From: Squalus acanthias
Lineage: Eukaryota
DNA length: 64,000 bases
Direction of reading: 5' to 3'
Assembly (NCBI GenBank): GCA_030390025.1
Contig: CM059446.1
Location: 43,276,001 to 43,340,000, forward strand
Part shown: positions 62,833-64,000 of the stretch, one piece after another
How positions within the stretch are numbered: the first letter of the stretch is position 1
How the letters are laid out: every line of letters starts with the position of its first letter
Program-made: the position numbers and the translations under genes
The notes under the pieces: model-generated
Databases searched by the model: none
The model's input: the letters and a program-made list of their open reading frames with translations, nothing else
What the model was told of the DNA's origin: nothing

Positions 62833-64000
62833 GAATGCCATTGTTATGCTGCAAACATGTGGAGAAAAATGGGTCTCTGTATTCTCAGTCTGCTCCGTGT
62901 CCTTGAGAGCAACATTGTGTGAGGCCAAATAAATGGGGGGCGTGGTGCAGGTTGGTCGGTATTGCATTATCCTGAAGCCAGATTTTTATTTGCAGCAGAG
63001 TAAAATAGTATGAACAGCGGAGTCAAACTCCTCAGTTTCAGGTTCAATAGCCTTTTGTTTTTTTAAGTGTCATCTCCGATCAGATCACTTTCGCACTTAA
63101 CCCAAGCTACCTTTTTTTTTTAAATTCATTCACGGGATGTGGGCGTCGCTGGCAAAGCCAGCATTTATTGCTTGGCTGTTGTTTTAAGTCCTCCAGTAAT
63201 AATAGGTTTTATATATATATGTTTGAATAAAGATGGTGTAAACCAGTGTGAATTGGTAAAGAGGATAGCTGTCATTGATGCTATATCAGTTTCAGTTTGT
63301 ACAGTCCACTAGTGATGTAACAGTGAGTTGAAAGCTAAACATTTAGCTCCATTACAGTCTACTGGCAATCTCCATTTTCACTGACTGCTATTGTGTGGGA
63401 AGTTTCTACACATAGAAGTCTCAAAACCAAAAATACTAACTAATTGCACCCATATAATCTGTCTGAAGACTGAATTACTACTTAGCCTACAACATTCGAG
63501 CTGTTTTGTTCCTATATAATATTATTTTGAAATACTATATATCAAAGACAAAACAATTTCTTCACTTGTACAGAATGATCAAATTGGTTGTTTTTTTTTA
63601 AAATAAATTGAAGCCAGCATTTCTCCAACTGATTTCATGCATCATTTAAGAACTGTTCTTTTCTTTGATTAGTTGCCAAATCTCAGAAAAAAACATTCAC
63701 GAGCTACAGAATTTTACATCACGCTTCTGTCATTTGATCTTTCTGGCATGTGATTAAAAGAGTCCTTTTAACCTCCACCACCGATAGGTTTTAAATCGGG
63801 AGATTAAATGAAGGGCTTTTTATTTCTCCTGACTTTGCATGTTGAGAGAATTGATGTTTTTGCTTCACAAAAATAACAATTCCTTTAAAATCGGATTGTA
63901 CTTAATTTCCACTAGATTGTAAATTGAAGATTATTTTCCATCTTGCCTTGTATGAGGATTCAACTTCTCATTAACGGCTGGTGCATTTTCTCCTAATGTT

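Overview
Vertebrate genomic DNA. The repeat landscape (CR1/HER1-type tails, DeuSINE-like SINEs, L2, RTE, Penelope, Harbinger-type elements) points to a cartilaginous fish, probably a shark. The window lies entirely inside one + strand gene, cingulin-like 1 (CGNL1/paracingulin). Eleven internal coding exons (7289-62138) have GT-AG boundaries and compatible phases, and encode the end of the head and most of the coiled-coil rod; the start and stop codons lie outside the window. The introns (83 bp to 28.2 kb) are filled with nested transposons, a 30-bp minisatellite and a G-rich satellite spanning an assembly gap. The most interesting non-coding signal is a set of minimal type I hammerhead ribozyme motifs with palindromic stem III. 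They are carried by Penelope-like 3' ends and by short stand-alone modules, one of which is flanked by a target-site duplication and starts at the predicted self-cleavage site. Also notable are a PIF/Harbinger system (Myb/SANT remnant plus several MITE families) and a local duplication that preserves the empty insertion site of one MITE. Gene and family names come from recognising sequence motifs, not from database searches, and TE boundaries are approximate unless a TSD or TIR is quoted.
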